Source of the DNA: an uncultured delta proteobacterium
Lineage (GTDB): Bacteria > Myxococcota_A > Polyangia > Polyangiales > Polyangiaceae
Length of the DNA stretch: 64,000 nt
Assembly (NCBI GenBank): GCA_963696385.1
Contig: CAVOKF010000005.1
Location: forward strand, 64,001 to 128,000
Reading direction: 5' to 3'
The notes under the pieces are model-generated. The model made no database searches, had not been told where the DNA came from, and saw nothing but the letters and a program-made list of their open reading frames with translations. Position numbers and translations under genes: made by a program. The number at the start of each line of letters is the position of its first letter. Within the stretch, counting starts at the first letter, position 1. Positions 61,580 to 64,000 of the stretch are shown one piece after another.

Positions 61580-62442
61580 CCGAGGGCCGTGTCACAGTGG
61601 CTGCGATCCAGTGCCGGCTGGGGGGTCTGCGGTCCGCGAACATCGTCCGCGTCGAACACTACGTGCGGGAAGCGGCCGCGCAGGGGGCAAATGTGGTTCT
61701 TCCCCCCGAGCTTTTCGAGGGACCGTACTTCTGTCGTGAGGAGCGAGCTGAATGGTTCTCCGAGGCGCGGACGTTGGATGAGGACGAGGCGGTGGTGCGA
61801 TTCCGAGAGGTGGCGCGGGAACTGGCCATCGTCATTCCGGTATCATTCTTCGAGCGGTCGGGGCCAGTCTATTACAACAGCATCGCCGTGATCGACGCGG
61901 ATGGGACGCTGCTCGGTGTCTACCGCAAGAGTCACATTCCGGATGGGCCTGGGTACGAGGAGAAGTTTTACTTCCGTCCCGGCGACACCGGATTTCGCGT
62001 TTGGCACACTCGCTTCGCGAGCCTCGGCGTCGGTATATGCTGGGACCAGTGGTTTCCCGAGTCGGCTCGCGCGATGATGCTTCTTGGCGCTGAGTTGCTT
62101 CTATTTCCTACGGCGATTGGGAGCGAACCGCACGAGCCCGATCTCGATACGCGGGATCCTTGGCAGCGGGCCATGATCGGACACGCCGTGGCCAACGTCG
62201 TGCCTGTCGTGGCCGCGAATCGCGTTGGAAGCGAAGGCGGGCAACGGTTTTATGGCTCGTCGTTCATCGCCGACGCGCGAGGAGACAAGTGCGCCGAACT
62301 CGACCGCGACGAGGAAGGGGTGGTCACGGCGACGTTCGACCTACGGTCGCTCGCCCGTGCGCGCGCTTCGTGGGGCTTTTTCCGCGACAGGCGGCCAGAT
62401 TTGTACGGCGTTATTGCCACCGCTGACGGCCGTTCCAGGTGA
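61576..62442 (+). CDS. aguB: N-carbamoylputrescine amidase
   Basis: ELFEGPYFC, YRKSHIPDGPGYEEKFYF, ICWDQWFPE, PTAIGSEP. Confidence 0.95.
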   Translation: MTEGRVTVAAIQCRLGGLRSANIVRVEHYVREAAAQGANVVLPPELFEGPYFCREERAEWFSEARTLDEDEAVVRFREVARELAIVIPVSFFERSGPVYYNSIAVIDADGTLLGVYRKSHIPDGPGYEEKFYFRPGDTGFRVWHTRFASLGVGICWDQWFPESARAMMLLGAELLLFPTAIGSEPHEPDLDTRDPWQRAMIGHAVANVVPVVAANRVGSEGGQRFYGSSFIADARGDKCAELDRDEEGVVTATFDLRSLARARASWGFFRDRRPDLYGVIATADGRSR

Positions 62443-62581
62443 CGCGTTGCGCTGCGAACCGGCTGCGAATGCTATTGCGCAGGAAGAAAGGGCTAAGCTT
62501 GGCTCGTCCGCCTCCGTCAAAAATGGTGTGCGCGATGGCGCCGAAACATTTAGCCTTGCGCGCACCGCATCGAGGTCTGCC

Positions 62582-63565
62582 ATGCTCCGTCACAGCTCCG
62601 ATTGGCGAACGGCGCTCTGGGCCTTCGTCTTCTTCCCCGCGCTCGGATTCGCGCCGTACTTCGAGCCTCGGCTTGTGCCTTGGCTTCTGCCGCTCAGCCT
62701 GTACTTCGGCTTCTGCGCCGGCGTCTTCAGCCATAACCAGAACCACTGCCCTATGTTTACGGGGCGAACGATGAACTCGCTGTACTCGGCCTGGCTAAGC
62801 ATCTTCTATGGCTATCCGACCTTCTTTTGGATCCCGACCCACAACCTGAACCACCACAAGTTCGTGAATAAAGCCGGTGACGCGACGATCACCTGGCGGT
62901 ATTCAAAGAAAAATACGTGGCTCGTGGCAAGCACGTACTATTTTGTGTCTGCGTATTGGCAGAAGCCGCTGATCGACGAATACAGTCGCAAGGCGCGCGA
63001 CACGAACCCCCGCTTGGTTCGGCAAATGTACCTGCAATACGTGACCCTGATCGGAAGTCATGTCGCGCTCTTGGCGCTTGCGCTCTGGTTACGGGGACCG
63101 CGAATTGGGCCTCTAGTTTACGGCTTCGGGTTCCTGATTCCGGCCATGTTCGCGAACTGGTCGATGATCTTCATCAACTACATTCAGCACGTGCACACGG
63201 ACCCTTGGTCAGAACACAATCATTCGCGCAATTTTTGCTCGCCACTCGGAAACTGGCTCGTATTCAACAATGGTTATCATGCCGCGCACCACGAGAGCCC
63301 GGGGCTGCATTGGAGCAAGCTTCCGGATGCGCACGCAAGGATTGCTGGGTCGATCCATCAGGATCTGAAGCAGCCGAGCATTTTTCGGTTTCGTCTGAGG
63401 TCGTATTTGGCCGGCGCGCTGAACGAAGGGTTCCGAACGAAGCAGATCGGCCGAGCGCCCTATGATCCGCCGGTTGGCATGGTCAAGCTCGAAACTGCCT
63501 CTGTCGCCGCGGTTGAGGCTGGCGTCAATGCCTCCATGGCGAGTCCGGGCGAGAGCCCCGCTTAA
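62582..63565 (+). CDS. Membrane fatty acid desaturase family
   Basis: His boxes HNQNH, HNLNHH, NGYHAAHH; GAGG SD at 62572. Confidence 0.88.
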   Translation: MLRHSSDWRTALWAFVFFPALGFAPYFEPRLVPWLLPLSLYFGFCAGVFSHNQNHCPMFTGRTMNSLYSAWLSIFYGYPTFFWIPTHNLNHHKFVNKAGDATITWRYSKKNTWLVASTYYFVSAYWQKPLIDEYSRKARDTNPRLVRQMYLQYVTLIGSHVALLALALWLRGPRIGPLVYGFGFLIPAMFANWSMIFINYIQHVHTDPWSEHNHSRNFCSPLGNWLVFNNGYHAAHHESPGLHWSKLPDAHARIAGSIHQDLKQPSIFRFRLRSYLAGALNEGFRTKQIGRAPYDPPVGMVKLETASVAAVEAGVNASMASPGESPA

Positions 63566-63613
63566 CGAGGTGCTGCGGCGGCCCGTACCTATCATGAAGC
63601 GCGTGGGGATCTC

Positions 63614-64000
63614 TTGACGCACCCGGACCGTCCACTGATCGTGGTCGGTTTTCGCGAAGACGTTGCTCGCCGAATCCATGAGGCGGCTGCATCGGTGGGG
63701 GCAGCGGCTGCCTTCGTCCCTAGGTGCGAGGACGCCATCCAGGCGCTCGCCGATGTTCAACCGCTCGCGATCGTGTTGCGTCTGGATGCCCCGGGGGCTG
63801 CGCAGACCTCCGCGCAGGCGCGATCGCAACTCCGGCTGGCGCAAGTACCCATCTTCGGCGTCGCTCCAGAGCTGACTGATCTGGCATTCGCCGAGCTTTT
63901 TTCCGGTGGCGGCGACGACCTGGTCAGCGTCGCCTCGCCGCAGTGTCTCGTTCGCCGGCTGCGCGTGCTGCTCGCGCAAACTGCGGCAGCGCGGCAGGGC
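63614..64000 (+). CDS. Partial CDS with degenerate receiver-like N-terminal domain
   Basis: Frame open from TTG 63614 to the window end: PLAIVL..VPIFGV..GGDDLV..L.RRLR. Confidence 0.5.
   Translation, partial: MTHPDRPLIVVGFREDVARRIHEAAASVGAAAAFVPRCEDAIQALADVQPLAIVLRLDAPGAAQTSAQARSQLRLAQVPIFGVAPELTDLAFAELFSGGGDDLVSVASPQCLVRRLRVLLAQTAAARQG

Noticed and set aside
1..64000. CRISPR arrays, IS elements, integrases, prophage, rRNA and tRNA
   Set aside because: No repeat-spacer pattern or diagnostic motifs seen by eye.

Overview
High-GC bacterial chromosomal DNA. Gene content (three eukaryote-like Ser/Thr kinases, FHA-DUF4388, stand-alone MshEN protein, IF3 with C-terminal tail) points to Myxococcota, probably Polyangiales; this is an inference. 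Layout: thrS-infC with a B12-binding subunit and an acyl-CoA dehydrogenase; a dcw cluster mraZ-rsmH-ftsL-ftsI-murE-murF-mraY-murD-ftsW-murG-murC-ftsQ-ftsA-ftsZ (no murB or ddl; ftsI split by a 1-nt insertion); then a mixed accessory region. That region holds a GT4 glycosyltransferase, a LeuD-LeuC-order fused aconitase-family enzyme, signalling proteins, upp, hisD, an orphan kdd, nadD, a Do/DegP protease, a rearranged PQQ locus (pqqE convergent with pqqBCD, no pqqA found), MFS, PPIase, rnc, a pterin-carbinolamine dehydratase pseudogene, a P460-like cytochrome, trmL, a glutaryl-CoA dehydrogenase-like gene, aguAB and a fatty acid desaturase. I found no rRNA, tRNA, CRISPR array or mobile element. 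Best leads: the rearranged pqq locus, the permuted aconitase fusion, repeat-rich regulatory DNA at 4587-4772 that resembles the MraZ operator, and two structured non-coding leaders. All family calls come from motif recognition by eye; no database searches were run.
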